Source: an uncultured cyanobacterium (lineage in GTDB: Bacteria; Cyanobacteriota; Cyanobacteriia; Cyanobacteriales; Nostocaceae). From it: DNA of 64,000 nt. Both the position numbers and the translations under genes were made by a program. The notes beneath the pieces were generated by a model, which saw only the letters and a program-made list of their open reading frames with translations, ran no database searches and was not told where the DNA came from. The stretch spans positions 832,001-896,000 of the forward strand of contig CAVUDP010000004.1 of the NCBI GenBank assembly GCA_963740315.1. The letters are read 5' to 3'. Below are positions 10,452 through 21,718 of this stretch, one piece after another. Numbering within the stretch: the stretch's first letter is position 1; each line of letters begins with the position of its first letter.

Positions 10452-11516
10452 TCACCCCATCCCCCTCAACCCTTCCACCAAACGCCGATTATCCGCTTCC
10501 AACTTTACGGCTACCCGAAAATAGCGATCGCCTAATTCGGGAAAACTTAAACAGTCGCGGATCAGGATTTGATGATGTTGAAGCAATTTCTGCTGTAAGT
10601 CGGAAGTGGAATGCTTTGATTTTACTAATAAGAAGTTAGCAGCGCTCTGGAGTGGCTGCAAATCTGGAATATCGGCTAAATCTGTAAACAAGTCATTTCT
10701 TGCGGGTGGTAGCCAATCAAGGGTTTGCTGCTGAAATTGCTTATCCTCTACGGCAGCTATTCCAGCCGCTGCGGCGAGGGAGTTTACCGCCCAAGGATCG
10801 CGCCAAGTTGCCCACTTTTGTAAGCGCTCTGGATGAGCAATGGCATAGCCCAAACGTAATCCGGGCATACTATAAAACTTGGTCAAAGAACGCAATATGA
10901 CTAAATTAGGATATTCGGGCACCACCTCAATTAAACTTTGTTGCTCCCAAGGATGCAGAAAATCCATAAAAGCTTCATCCACTACCACCAAAGCAAATTG
11001 TTTTAGGTAGGGTAATATTGCATCCCGCTTGAATAATTTTCCCGTGGGATTATGGGGATTGTTCAACAATAGCCCTTTATCCTTTGTCGTAAATCCCTTG
11101 TCAAAAATCAATGACAAATCTGGCTTAGTTAACGACATAGGAAACTCCAACACATTAGCGTTGAATGCCCCCAAGGCTCGGTAGTAGTCGCCAAAGGTTG
11201 GAGTTGCGATCGCTGTCGCGGTAACGGATGCTAATTCTCTTCCCGCCCAAGTCAGTAATTCTGCCGAACCGTTACCCGGCAGAATCCACTCCGATGGCAG
11301 GTTGTGAAAGCGACCCAAAACTTGTTTCAGTTCGCTGTAGTTTGGGTCTGGATAGTGCCTAATATTACCTAAGTGAGACTTGATAGCCGCTAAACTACTA
11401 TCTGGTGGTCCCAAGGGGTTTATGCTGGCAGAAAAATCCAAAATAGCATCAGGGGGACAACCAGCTACTGCTGCTGCCCAAGCTAAATTTCCCCCGTGTT
11501 TCGGTTGCCGCATCAA
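10452..11516 (-). CDS. cobD: Threonine-phosphate decarboxylase (cobalamin biosynthesis)
   Basis: HGGN...DFSASINPLG, NPHNPTG, DEAFMDF, SLTKFYSMPGLRLGY PLP motif. Confidence 0.85.
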   Translation of the reverse strand: MMRQPKHGGNLAWAAAVAGCPPDAILDFSASINPLGPPDSSLAAIKSHLGNIRHYPDPNYSELKQVLGRFHNLPSEWILPGNGSAELLTWAGRELASVTATAIATPTFGDYYRALGAFNANVLEFPMSLTKPDLSLIFDKGFTTKDKGLLLNNPHNPTGKLFKRDAILPYLKQFALVVVDEAFMDFLHPWEQQSLIEVVPEYPNLVILRSLTKFYSMPGLRLGYAIAHPERLQKWATWRDPWAVNSLAAAAGIAAVEDKQFQQQTLDWLPPARNDLFTDLADIPDLQPLQSAANFLLVKSKHSTSDLQQKLLQHHQILIRDCLSFPELGDRYFRVAVKLEADNRRLVEGLRGMG

Positions 11517-11537
11517 AAAAAGTGGTAACTCAAAAGC

Positions 11538-11822
11538 TTACTCTTTTGGAGGAGCAACTCTTTCTCTAAAGAGTTTCCCAGCAGAGAAAGCAGGAACCTT
11601 CGTTGCTGGAATCTCCATTTTTTCATTGGTTTTGGGGTTGCGTCCTTCGCGTGCTTTACGTTCGCGAGATTCAAAAGAACCGAATCCAACTAGCGTTACT
11701 TTATCGCCGGAGGAAACCGCTTCAATGATGGTTTCCAGAGCAGCGCTCAAAACTGCATCAGCTTGCTTCTTGGTGACGCTTGCCTTTTCAGACACTGCAT
11801 CAACTAATTCACCTTTATTCAT
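11538..11822 (-). CDS. hup: Histone-like DNA-binding protein HU
   Basis: MNKGELVDAV...GFGSFE..ERKAREGRNPKT...VPAFSAGK; start placed at ATG 11822. Confidence 0.95.
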   Translation of the reverse strand: MNKGELVDAVSEKASVTKKQADAVLSAALETIIEAVSSGDKVTLVGFGSFESRERKAREGRNPKTNEKMEIPATKVPAFSAGKLFRERVAPPKE

Positions 11823-12454
11823 GTCAAACTCCCTGAGGTTTACTGTTCGTGTGGGTGCAGACACCCCTGATGTATCCTTACTTGCATCCTTTGAAAGGAG
11901 ATTTACAAAAGTCCCGCTTTATGAGTATTTATGCTTAAAACCGCTGTAACTCCCATCCGCTAGACTTTTCAATGAATCATTCTAAGGTGTTGTAGCCATA
12001 AGTGGATACATGAAACGATTATTTTATATAGTTTTCAGGATTTTTCATATCCAAAGCTTTATTTTTGCACTAAAAACACTCTTCTCAAAAGAAAAAGTAC
12101 TTATTTGCAATCACTTGTCACAAGGGTAACAGCGAGAAAAATACAAGGGAGTGATAGGGGGATTAAAACAGCTAGGAGCAACAGCTAAAAACAATGTTTT
12201 AGAGCCAATAGAGAGAATAAATGCTTTCTAAGAAAGGTTATTACAACGATTTTTCGATCCAGACAAATTTTTAGCATATTCTTTTAATGACTCAGCAAAA
12301 AAGGTTTAAAATTATTTATCTAATTAATTAAAAAACTAAAGATTTATTTATAACTTTTGTAAAGTTTTGAGTTAATTTAATGTTGCGCCGTGGATATTGG
12401 GCAGCGAAACTTGTTTTAATAAATATTTTTTATTCGGAGAATAATATTAATAAT

Positions 12455-12803
12455 GTTGTAGAGACGTAGCACTGCTACGTCTCAATATCTTGGGCGATGA
12501 CAAAGAAATCTTGCTACTAGTGGTCTGTCCCATTAGTTTTGATGGGTAAAAAGGTTCGTAGTAAGAGTTTTAACTCTCCGGTTTTGGGGAACCAATGCCC
12601 TTACTACAAACCTCTCAAAATTAATATGGCGGAGTATTAGTCGATTGCATTAAATTTGATGGGTTAGTTTTTCCCAAAACGTATGGAGACGTAGCAGTGC
12701 TACGTCTCTACATGGGTTGCGGATTTCTAACAAATTAATTTGATGTATCAAATCGGCAACCTCCATCAAAAAATGTAGAGACGCGATATATCGCGTCTCT
12801 ACA
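12455..12803. repeat. Cluster of GTAG-type REP-like palindromes plus one ~125-bp MITE-like element (12517-12640)
   Basis: GTAGAGACGTAGCACTGCTACGTCTC, GAGACGTAGCAGTGCTACGTCTCTAC, TGTAGAGACGCGATATATCGCGTCTCTACA; middle element is a reverse-orientation relative of 2237 and 32608. Confidence 0.8.
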
Positions 12804-12851
12804 CAATGTGAAAATAAACAACGTGAAATTAAACTGTCAAATCCTCGTTAA

Positions 12852-15299
12852 TTATCTCCGAGGCAACTTCAACCCGCCATTCTGCAACATTCTGCGTACT
12901 TCCGGACTGGGTTTGTAATTGTACCCATAAGAAGAATTTTGGGAATCATCCATAACTTGAGGTGTCAGCAACACGATTACCTCATTACGCTGGTTGTTCT
13001 TGTTTGTGCTTCTAAACAGCGAACCAATAATCGGAATATCACCCAAAATGGGTACCTTTGAAACATTTACCCGGTCAGTTTCCTGAATAATACCGCTGAG
13101 AACTAAAGTTTGACCATCACGTAAACGGACTAAACCGGAATTAAGCGATCGCTCGGATACCAAGAAGATTTGTTGACTGCTGCCGTTACCTAAATTAATG
13201 CTCGCTGGTGCTTGGGGCGCTCTGACGGTAGGAGCCGCAGATAAAGAAACGAAACCATTATCGTCAATTCGGTCAACTTTTACAGCTAGAGTTAAACCGA
13301 CATTTTCTTTATCAACAGTAATAGTTTCTGTAGAAGCGCCATCACCGCGAGTTATTTCTCTGTTGAAGTTTCCTACTACTTCCTGAGTTAAGTTGACGTT
13401 AGCAGTTTGACCTTCTTGAACAATTAAAGTCGGATCGGTCAGAATTTTAGCGTTACCGTTGGTGACTTGAGTTTGTAAAGAAGCAAGGAAACGTTTGGGG
13501 TACTGGAAAAAAGTTGGTAGAGCAGCTACCGCTGTACCAAGAGTACCTTGTTGAATTTGTGTATCTATTGTATCTGGTTCACCTTCCGAGCCAGGGGTAA
13601 CAGTTGTTGTAATTGTTTGTGGTGTTCCTCTGGTAATGTCAGTTATGCCAGCATTAAATGGACTCCCTGAAACACCTGCTCGACGACCGAAAAAGGCTGC
13701 ATCTGCTCCTGGGGTTTCTTGAACGCTAAATTGTCCGGTTCTTTGGTTGCTAAAGATATTTCTAGTATCTATTCCAGTACCTGGAATAGTTGTAGTGGTG
13801 TTTAAATCCAAGAAAGTATTGGCACCTGCATAAGGGTTGGGAACAATTGTCGGACTTACAGTACTGTTACGTGCATCGTTAGCAGATGGAGGATTTATAC
13901 CACCAGCGTTAGCAGATGCTTGACCACCATCAACGCTAAAGAAGTTGTCAGCAACTCCAAAAGAAAAGCTAGTTTTAAAGTCTTTTGTTTTTAACAGGTT
14001 GACATCAACAATTTTGACGTTAACTGCAACTTGACGACGGCGAATATCAAGCTGAGTTAGCTGAGACATCGCGATCTCTATGGTTCTTGGATCGCCAATT
14101 AAGGTAACAGAATTAGTCCGCTCGTCTCCTAATGCTTGTAAACCTCTAAGTAAAGGAGCAGAATCTTGAAAATCAATTCGTTGAGTTTCGACTCTGGTTT
14201 CTGTAGTAGTTTGAGTCTGAGTAATTGGAGCGGCTCCTTGACCTACAGGTACGGCACTAACGTTGGTAACTTGGCGTTCTCTACTTACAGCAGTTTCCGC
14301 ACCCAAACCAACCAAAAAGTTAAGAGCAACACCAACGGAAACCTGATTTAATCGCAAGCTCCGCATTACGGTATCGCGGGTGGAATTCGGTAGTTTAGTA
14401 CCAACAAAAATAGTCCTGCCGCTGCGATTCGCTTCTAAACCACTCAAGCGCAAGACATAGTTAAATACATCTTGTACCGGCTCGTTTTCAATATCTAAAG
14501 AAATTGTTGGTCCATCGGCTCCACCACCAGCAGCAGGAGCGGCACCTCCACCACCTGCGGTAAAAGCCAAGTTTAAATTCGCAGCCCGTGCTAAAAGTGA
14601 CAAAACTTCGCGTACTGGTGCATCTCTCAATACCAAGCGAGGTACGCGCTGTTCGGTTCCCAAATCGATCACGCTTGGTGAAGCATCGGTATTAGATATA
14701 GATATATCTCCCACCGGGGGAGCAACCGCTCTCGGTAAGAAAGGAGGAGCTTGATTCATCGATTGTCCCGGACCTGCGGGTGGTGCGGGGGTACCTTCAA
14801 TGTTAACGTCGGGGTTGGGGACTACAGGAGCAGATTGAGCTATTTGGTTATCTTGGCTCGGTTGCGATTCTTCAGATGCCGTACTCATTCCCGCAGAAGG
14901 CATCAAAGCAAAGGTAAGTCCGTTTTGCTCTCGTTCTACGGGCTTGGTTTCCGGAGCGCTACCAGTACCTTTTACTACTACGCGAACGCTATTTGCATCG
15001 AGTTGACCGATAGAAACCGAAGCAATTCCATCAGTAGGATTATCCTGACGGAAACTATTGCCTTGTGGTAAACGTAACTGAGTATTAATAATATCTGCTA
15101 CTAAAGAATTACCTCTTTTAGTAGTAAAAACCTGGGGACGAGAGCCATCAGAAGTTTTTAAAACCAGATTTACGCCACCGTCAGCTTCGTTTAATTTTAC
15201 TTCTGTAATTTTTGTAGTTGTTTGCGCCCAAACTGGCTGACTTACTAACAATACAGAGACAGCGGTTCCAAATATAAAACTACTACCGTGAAGTTTCAC
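12852..15299 (-). CDS. pilQ: Type IV pilus secretin with N-terminal AMIN domain
   Basis: Signal peptide, LRDAPVREVL, secretin C-terminus KVPILGDIPIIGSLFR...LLTPQV; last gene of pilMNOQ. Confidence 0.9.
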   Translation of the reverse strand: MKLHGSSFIFGTAVSVLLVSQPVWAQTTTKITEVKLNEADGGVNLVLKTSDGSRPQVFTTKRGNSLVADIINTQLRLPQGNSFRQDNPTDGIASVSIGQLDANSVRVVVKGTGSAPETKPVEREQNGLTFALMPSAGMSTASEESQPSQDNQIAQSAPVVPNPDVNIEGTPAPPAGPGQSMNQAPPFLPRAVAPPVGDISISNTDASPSVIDLGTEQRVPRLVLRDAPVREVLSLLARAANLNLAFTAGGGGAAPAAGGGADGPTISLDIENEPVQDVFNYVLRLSGLEANRSGRTIFVGTKLPNSTRDTVMRSLRLNQVSVGVALNFLVGLGAETAVSRERQVTNVSAVPVGQGAAPITQTQTTTETRVETQRIDFQDSAPLLRGLQALGDERTNSVTLIGDPRTIEIAMSQLTQLDIRRRQVAVNVKIVDVNLLKTKDFKTSFSFGVADNFFSVDGGQASANAGGINPPSANDARNSTVSPTIVPNPYAGANTFLDLNTTTTIPGTGIDTRNIFSNQRTGQFSVQETPGADAAFFGRRAGVSGSPFNAGITDITRGTPQTITTTVTPGSEGEPDTIDTQIQQGTLGTAVAALPTFFQYPKRFLASLQTQVTNGNAKILTDPTLIVQEGQTANVNLTQEVVGNFNREITRGDGASTETITVDKENVGLTLAVKVDRIDDNGFVSLSAAPTVRAPQAPASINLGNGSSQQIFLVSERSLNSGLVRLRDGQTLVLSGIIQETDRVNVSKVPILGDIPIIGSLFRSTNKNNQRNEVIVLLTPQVMDDSQNSSYGYNYKPSPEVRRMLQNGGLKLPRR

Positions 15300-15593
15300 A
15301 GTTCATTCCTCACTTTAAATATTTTTCTAGAGAACTAATTGAATCAGCCGTACCCGTTATGGGTGAACGAAATTAAAGATTGGGCATTGAATCGCGGTTA
15401 AATTCGTAACTTTAATTGCTAATTAATTGTTTTTAATCCAAACAGGACTTACAACAATTACAATTTACAGATGGTGCGTGACGCTACTTTTCTTATAACC
15501 ACGTACAAAATTTGTAAAAGCGTCACACACCCTACAAATAAAATCCAAAACAAAAGCATCCGTTGTTAAAATCCAAAATTCCATAACTTCTAA

Positions 15594-16343
15594 CTATTGT
15601 TTAGGCTTTTCTTTTTGAGCAGCAATTTCTTGTGAATCCATCGGAACCAAGGCTTCTAATTTGAATGATGTAGTTATTGGTGTTGGTCCAACTCTGGGCG
15701 GTTCATCTTCGCGGATAGTTTCAGGTCGCAATGCTGATTCATAATCTTTAACTAACAACAATGGCTGCAAACGTTCGATGTTGCGAAGAATAGCTTGGGT
15801 TTGTTCGTAGGTACCGCTAACTACAATTGCGGTGCTGCTACGTTTAAGTTTTCCATCAACTTCTGCCCCCAAAGAACCATCAGTTACTGGTTGCGTTCCT
15901 TCAGAATCTGGAGTAAATTTCTGTAATTTGGCTTTCACCGCATTACCACTTAATTGAGCATTTCCGGCTTCGACTAAGCGATTTAAATCTATCAACAAGG
16001 TATCTAAAGTTTTTTCGTTAGCAAATACAGCTAATACTTTGGATTGTTGTGTTTTAGCTTGCGCCAATTCTGCTTTTATTTTGTCGATGTTTTGCAGGCT
16101 AGCTTTTTTTTGCTCAACTTGTCCTTCAAGTTGTTCTTTTGTACTTTGTCTCTCTCCAAAGGTTTCCCAAGCTGGCATCACCATGTTTAAGAGCATATAA
16201 GCTCCACCTGCAAGTCCCACTACCCCAATTAGAACACCGCTAATCATTGGGGTAAAAGTGATACCAAATGCTACGGGATAAGCCGAAGAAGATTCTTCTT
16301 CAAACTCTCCGCCTTCAAAATTCATCTCTTCACTAAATGTCAT
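15594..16343 (-). CDS. pilO: Type IV pilus assembly protein PilO
   Basis: Single TM plus coiled coil, LRNIERLQPLL; overlaps the pilN stop. Confidence 0.8.
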   Translation of the reverse strand: MTFSEEMNFEGGEFEEESSSAYPVAFGITFTPMISGVLIGVVGLAGGAYMLLNMVMPAWETFGERQSTKEQLEGQVEQKKASLQNIDKIKAELAQAKTQQSKVLAVFANEKTLDTLLIDLNRLVEAGNAQLSGNAVKAKLQKFTPDSEGTQPVTDGSLGAEVDGKLKRSSTAIVVSGTYEQTQAILRNIERLQPLLLVKDYESALRPETIREDEPPRVGPTPITTSFKLEALVPMDSQEIAAQKEKPKQ

Positions 16344-17101
16344 TTTTGAAAGACTCCCGTTCTTTGCAGACTACGAATTCTAGCTACTAACCCAACCGTA
16401 CCTTTTTGTTCTAATTCCCGCATTAATTCGGAAGCTGGAACATCGCTCAGTTGAGAGACAATAGTATATTTGACTATTTGAGGAGGTTCGATTGTTACCC
16501 CGTCTGGAAGTCCTTGAGGTAATGGACCGTTAACCAATTCAGCGGTAACGATTTTTCCTTCTGCGGATTTGAAAAAAGGAGATTGCTGTAATGAAAGTAA
16601 GAAATCGTTGACATCGTTAAAAGATCGAGCCGAACCTTTAATTTCTATACCTCCGGCGCGATTTGTGGAATTAGCTTCTGTGCTAGGTGCAGTTTGTTTG
16701 ACGTTTTCAATTTGTACGCTGGAGGGAATGCGATCGCGCAAAACTTGCAACATTGCCGACCAAGGACGAATTTGGTCAAAAACACTAACTAAGGCTTGGG
16801 TTTCGCTTTTAATTGCGGCGGTTTGTTGCCTTATTTTCTTGATATCGCCTATTTTTGCTTCTAATGCCTGGTTTTCTTGCTCTAATGCGGCAATGCGATC
16901 GTTAATACTGCTAGTCTGACCATTCACAAACCACAAAGCCGCCCCTAACAAAGCAGGAAAAAGTACGGCTACTGCAACACCTATATAAATCGGTGTCATA
17001 CTCCCAGCAGGTAATGCAATACCAGGACCAGGTTTTTTCGGTCCTGAGTTGTCACCACCAGGGTGGCGATCTTTGAGAAAGTTGACATCTAAACTGTACA
17101 T
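16340..17101 (-). CDS. pilN: Type IV pilus assembly protein PilN
   Basis: MYSLDVNFL N-terminus, TM segment, WSAML, G.ARSFNDVNDFLLSLQ. Confidence 0.85.
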   Translation of the reverse strand: MYSLDVNFLKDRHPGGDNSGPKKPGPGIALPAGSMTPIYIGVAVAVLFPALLGAALWFVNGQTSSINDRIAALEQENQALEAKIGDIKKIRQQTAAIKSETQALVSVFDQIRPWSAMLQVLRDRIPSSVQIENVKQTAPSTEANSTNRAGGIEIKGSARSFNDVNDFLLSLQQSPFFKSAEGKIVTAELVNGPLPQGLPDGVTIEPPQIVKYTIVSQLSDVPASELMRELEQKGTVGLVARIRSLQRTGVFQK

Positions 17102-17103
17102 AC

Positions 17104-18210
17104 TTACGCCTCCCGCATTCCTAAACCAAGTACCGTACCCAAACCGGGGCGCTGTACAAAGGGGTAATCTTCATCGTCTACTTGCAGGGATAAAGCCTGT
17201 ACGGGATCTATTTGGGTAGTAGGTAAACTCAGCCGTTGTGTAAAAAACTCATCTAGCTGTATAAGTCCACCTCCCGGACCTGCAAGCAATATCTGCGCTA
17301 TCTCCAAATTTTCAGCCTGATTCAAGTAGAAATCTACCGAACGACGCAATTCGTCAGTAAGTTCTCCTAACACTCTCAACATGGCAGCCATACCGGGGTT
17401 GACTTCAGTAACACCCGTTTTTCCGCCTTCCATCGGGGAAGTTGGAATAGTCATTCCCTCCAATAGTTCCATGTCTCTGGATGTAGGTAAATTCATTGCC
17501 CGAGACAGGGCTGCTTGCATTTGCTCCGTGCCAATCGGAACGGTACGAGAAAATTGCGGAACTCCGTTAACAACGATCGCAATCTCTGTACTATCAAACT
17601 CAATATTTACTAGTACCGCCGCCTCTTCAGGACCAAACTGGCGTAGTTGATCGCGGATTGTCCGAATTAAAGAAAAACTACTAATCTCCAAAACATCAAC
17701 CTGCAATCCAGCCTGTTCAAAAGTACTTACGTAAGTATCAACAACGTCCTTACGAGTTGCAACTAAAAGTACCTGTACCTTTTCGATGCCATCCTCATCT
17801 ACAAAGTAGCCAAGCTTTTGATAATCCACATCCGCTTCTTCACGGGCATAGGGCAGATATAAACCTGCTTCATGGTTAAGCACCATATCCCGTAACTCTT
17901 TATCGTCCAATTCAGCCGGTACGGGAATCAGACGCACAATAGAGTCTCGCCCTGGAACCGCAGTTGCAACCCGACTCGCTTTAATTTTGCTTTCCAAAAG
18001 CGCCTCTTGGATGATTTGCGCCATTGTTGGCTGATCCGCGATTTGACCATCAACAAAGATGCCTTCTGGAACCGGCACTGATGTTAAAACATCCAATTTC
18101 AAACCTTGGCGCTGCTTGCGTAACTGAGCTACATTCACTCGTTGTGGTGCAAGCTCGATGCCAACCCCGCTTTTAGATTTACCAAACAGACCACTTAAGC
18201 CTTTCACCAC
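17104..18210 (-). CDS. pilM: Type IV pilus assembly protein PilM
   Basis: Actin-like fold motifs GIEL, LRRSVDFY, LAGPGG, GLGMR. Confidence 0.9.
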   Translation of the reverse strand: MVKGLSGLFGKSKSGVGIELAPQRVNVAQLRKQRQGLKLDVLTSVPVPEGIFVDGQIADQPTMAQIIQEALLESKIKASRVATAVPGRDSIVRLIPVPAELDDKELRDMVLNHEAGLYLPYAREEADVDYQKLGYFVDEDGIEKVQVLLVATRKDVVDTYVSTFEQAGLQVDVLEISSFSLIRTIRDQLRQFGPEEAAVLVNIEFDSTEIAIVVNGVPQFSRTVPIGTEQMQAALSRAMNLPTSRDMELLEGMTIPTSPMEGGKTGVTEVNPGMAAMLRVLGELTDELRRSVDFYLNQAENLEIAQILLAGPGGGLIQLDEFFTQRLSLPTTQIDPVQALSLQVDDEDYPFVQRPGLGTVLGLGMREA

Positions 18211-19051
18211 TGTTTTGCCCGTAGGAATACTAAAAAATAAAAATCCAAATGTTACTATAACTGCTCTTGATATCAGGTAATAGATTTAGTTGTTAATGAA
18301 GGCAAGTTGTTTTAAAAATATTGCATAGCCTTTTTCACCCCGATTGTTGATAATCATTATTCCCTATGGTTATTCAAATGAATTTGTTCAAACAAATAGC
18401 GAAGAAATCGTGTAACAGCTAATTGTTAATAACTTATGTTGCTTTTTTCAAGTGAATCAAAGCAATAATTGTATGGGGAAGGCGATAAGGCGATTGATTT
18501 GTATTCTTATATCAACTCGATCGTTATTTAACGCTAGTTATGGACATCATGATGAACGCTTTCTCTTTAATCATCTACAATGCTTGCCTAACAAACATTT
18601 CATTTCAAACAAAGCAATCTTTACTATCGCATTCATACATCGAACAACATTATGTTTTCATCAGCGATAAATATGGTATTCCCAATATCTCATTATGCAG
18701 TTAATTAGTTATAACACCGATTAATTAAAGCAATTATGTATTATAAATGCACTCAGTGCTTACACTGGATTAATAAATATCCGGCAAAGTATGAAACGAT
18801 AATCAATTCAGTATCTTTGACTATGAGAATTTGCGACTATGAAGATTTGAAAGAAATTTCGTAAATATGTTAGTAATTTTGCGGAGTTTTTATCGTCAAT
18901 TCACCCGAAATTATTAATCAGTAATTAAAGAAATTAAAAATAATTAAGTAACTCATTTAAAATTTGTTATCAATCGATAGCATAAGTAATTCTACTAAGT
19001 TGGGAGTTGGGAGTAGGGAGTAGGGAGTAGCGATAAGATTTTGTAGCCAAT

Positions 19052-20344
19052 TTACATTTTGTTACCTTGCAAAAAATGTCCGACTAAATAAAGCGAACCG
19101 CACAAAACAACCAAATTATTATTTGAATTAAAAGCCGTTGAAAGCGCTGATGATAAATCTGAATAAGTATCGCATAAACTCAACTCCGGACAAATTTCTT
19201 TTGCTAGTTGTGCTAATTCATGCTTATCAGCCGAACTATGGTCTGGTACGGGTACCAAATGCAACTCGTCATTAGCTCGTAATAAAGTCTGGAAAATTCG
19301 ATCGTGTTCTTTAGTAGAAAGCATTCCCATCACCCAAGTAACGTTAACTTGAGATTGATTCGATCGAGCTAATACCGTATCAACATAATTTCGTAAAGCT
19401 TCTGCTGCGGCCCGATTATGGGCACCATCAACTAATAATTTGCGATCGCTCCAAGTAGTCCATTGCATCCTTCCCAACCACTTAGTTTTTCCCATACCCT
19501 CAACAATAGCTTTCTCAGATATTTGCCAACCCTGCTGTTGTAGAATTTCTAAAGTGGCGATCGCTAAAGCAGAATTAATTAACTGTATTTTTCCTTGTAG
19601 CGGTAAAGGATATTTGATTAATTTGGTAAGTGGTAATTGAGAATTACTATTGTGTTTTTCCACTTCAACCCAACCATTACCAACTTCTCGTGCAGGCTGG
19701 GGTTTAAATATTGGACATTGTAATTTTAAAGCGCGATCGCGAACTACAATTTCTGCTTCTTTTGGTAATTGTCCAATAACTACCGGGCATCCAGCTTTGA
19801 GAATACCTGCTTTTTCTTTGGCGATCGCACCAACAGTAGAACCCAATTGTTGCCAATGATCGCGGCTAATAGAAGTAACAACAGTCACTAGAGGTTTTGC
19901 ACAAACATTAGTAGCATCCAAGCGCCCTCCCAATCCAACTTCTACCACCGCCACATCAACCTTCTGGCGAGCAAAATACAGCCAAGCTGCCGCAGTAAAT
20001 ACTTCAAACTGAGTCGGTGATTCTTCTTTGATCGCGATCGCTTGTTGTACTTGAATCAATAAATTGCCAAGTTCCTCAGAAGAAATTTGGCGATCGTTAA
20101 AGCAAATTCGCTCGCTCCAATCAATCAAATGAGGAGAAGTATAGCGTCCCGTTTTATATCCAGCCTGCGTTAAAACCGAAGATAAATAAGCGCAAACAGA
20201 ACCTTTGCCATTCGTACCAGCAACATGAATTACCGGAACTTGATGGTGTGGATTACCAAGACTCGCCAGAAGCTTCTCAATCCGTTCCAACCCCAAATGA
20301 ACGCCAAAGCGTTTATAGGGCTGTAGTAAAGAATCTATATCCAT
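19052..20344 (-). CDS. folC: Folylpolyglutamate / dihydrofolate synthase
   Basis: HVAGTNGKGS, EVGLGGRLDATN, DGAHN, CGSLYLVG. Confidence 0.95.
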   Translation of the reverse strand: MDIDSLLQPYKRFGVHLGLERIEKLLASLGNPHHQVPVIHVAGTNGKGSVCAYLSSVLTQAGYKTGRYTSPHLIDWSERICFNDRQISSEELGNLLIQVQQAIAIKEESPTQFEVFTAAAWLYFARQKVDVAVVEVGLGGRLDATNVCAKPLVTVVTSISRDHWQQLGSTVGAIAKEKAGILKAGCPVVIGQLPKEAEIVVRDRALKLQCPIFKPQPAREVGNGWVEVEKHNSNSQLPLTKLIKYPLPLQGKIQLINSALAIATLEILQQQGWQISEKAIVEGMGKTKWLGRMQWTTWSDRKLLVDGAHNRAAAEALRNYVDTVLARSNQSQVNVTWVMGMLSTKEHDRIFQTLLRANDELHLVPVPDHSSADKHELAQLAKEICPELSLCDTYSDLSSALSTAFNSNNNLVVLCGSLYLVGHFLQGNKM

Positions 20345-20512
20345 TTTAATCAGGTCTGCATGTTAAAGGTCTGCATGTTAAAGGTTAAAGGTTATAAATA
20401 ATTATCAATCCCCATTCACCGTAGGTGGGAGGTAGCCCTATGCCCAAATTAATGAAACCGACTGCTCCATAAAGGAAAACAGCCGGATCGCTTGCGATAA
20501 TTTAATAAAAAT

Positions 20513-20632
20513 TTACGCTTCTCTATTCAAAAAGCCTTGCAATTGTCTTATTGCAGCAGCACCAATGTTAAATAATGCCCAACTTGCGGCAATAGCTAAA
20601 GGTGCTAAAACAATCACTACACGCATATCCAT
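20513..20632 (-). CDS. psbY: Photosystem II protein Y (39 aa; not in the ORF track)
   Basis: Manual translation [39 protein letters not shown], with GAGG RBS upstream. Confidence 0.9.
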   Translation of the reverse strand: MDMRVVIVLAPLAIAASWALFNIGAAAIRQLQGFLNREA

Positions 20633-20744
20633 ATTTAGAACCTCTCTTTTAGGAAAAATTTTAAGTTTTATCAACTGCTCTCATTTTTATTTTTAGCTGA
20701 ATCGGCAAATTTTGCTACCCCTAGATGTAAAGAATGGTTACAAA

Positions 20745-20900
20745 TCAATTATCAATTATCAATTATCAATGAACAACTAAAAATTATTTTCCCCATCCCC
20801 ATCTCCCCATCTCCTTGTCTCCCCATCCCCCCATCTCCCCATCTCCTTGTCTCCCCATCCCCCCATCTCCCCATCCCCTTGTCTCCCCATCTCCTTCTCC
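20745..20900. repeat. STRR arrays (TCAATTA, CCCCATC/CTCCCCAT)
   Basis: Directly visible tandem units. Confidence 0.9.
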
Positions 20901-21422
20901 TCAAACAAACCCCAAATCCGTACCTTTCCCAGCATGAACTAAAGCCAATTTCTGGTAGCGTTTGGCGTGTTCGATTAGTTCTGCTGCTTCTTCGGGAGAA
21001 TTTTGACGTATTACTTTACCTGGAACTCCTACGACAAGAGATAAGGGAGGTACGTTTTTAGTTACTACTGCCCCTGCACCAATAATGCTTCCACAACAAA
21101 CACGTACTCCATCAAGAATTATTGCGCCAATACCGATTAAAGTCCCGCTTTCAATGTATGCAGAATGCACTACGGCTCGATGTCCAATGGTAACGTAGTC
21201 TTCTAAAATGGTAGGTTTACCGGGGTCGCCGTGAAGAATTGCTCCATCTTGGATATTCGTATATTCACCAATCTCAATGCGCTCTACATCACCTCTGACC
21301 ACCGCGCCATACCAAATGCTTGCTCCTGTGGCAACGCTAACCGAACCCATGACAACAGCATTGGCTGCAACAAAAGCTGCTGCTGAAATATCGGGAGAAG
21401 ACCAGTAGGAAGTGTTAGACAC
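20901..21422 (-). CDS. Gamma carbonic anhydrase-like hexapeptide repeat protein
   Basis: IWYGAVVRGD, NIQDGAILH, IGHRAVVH, GVPGKVIR. Confidence 0.9.
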   Translation of the reverse strand: MSNTSYWSSPDISAAAFVAANAVVMGSVSVATGASIWYGAVVRGDVERIEIGEYTNIQDGAILHGDPGKPTILEDYVTIGHRAVVHSAYIESGTLIGIGAIILDGVRVCCGSIIGAGAVVTKNVPPLSLVVGVPGKVIRQNSPEEAAELIEHAKRYQKLALVHAGKGTDLGFV

Positions 21423-21718
21423 GATAGAATATGAATATGAAAAAAGAGTATGACTAGAATTTTATGACGTAATTTTTCAATTCAACAACGGTCATTAGTA
21501 TATAAAAACTAAAATATCATCCGCCGTTTTTATGTCCAAAAAAAGCTGTAGATTTATCTTAGCTGTGTTGTACTAATGAATATAGTTCTTAAGTAAAACT
21601 AATTTATAAATTCAATAAGTAAAAATCTTGCGCGTTCGTCTACCTAGAGGAGTTGTATTGCAAGTGTAAAATTAAACAAGTGTTACGCGATAAAAATAAG
21701 GATGTTTATATACACTTA

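Noticed and set aside
11380..11949. 189-aa plus-strand ORF and similar antisense ORFs (e.g. 57642-58148, 24310-24690, 16569-16919)
   Set aside because: Shadows of well-supported genes on the opposite strand.
18452..18670. 72-aa ORF upstream of pilM
   Set aside because: No motif or RBS in an AT-rich intergenic region; unsupported.
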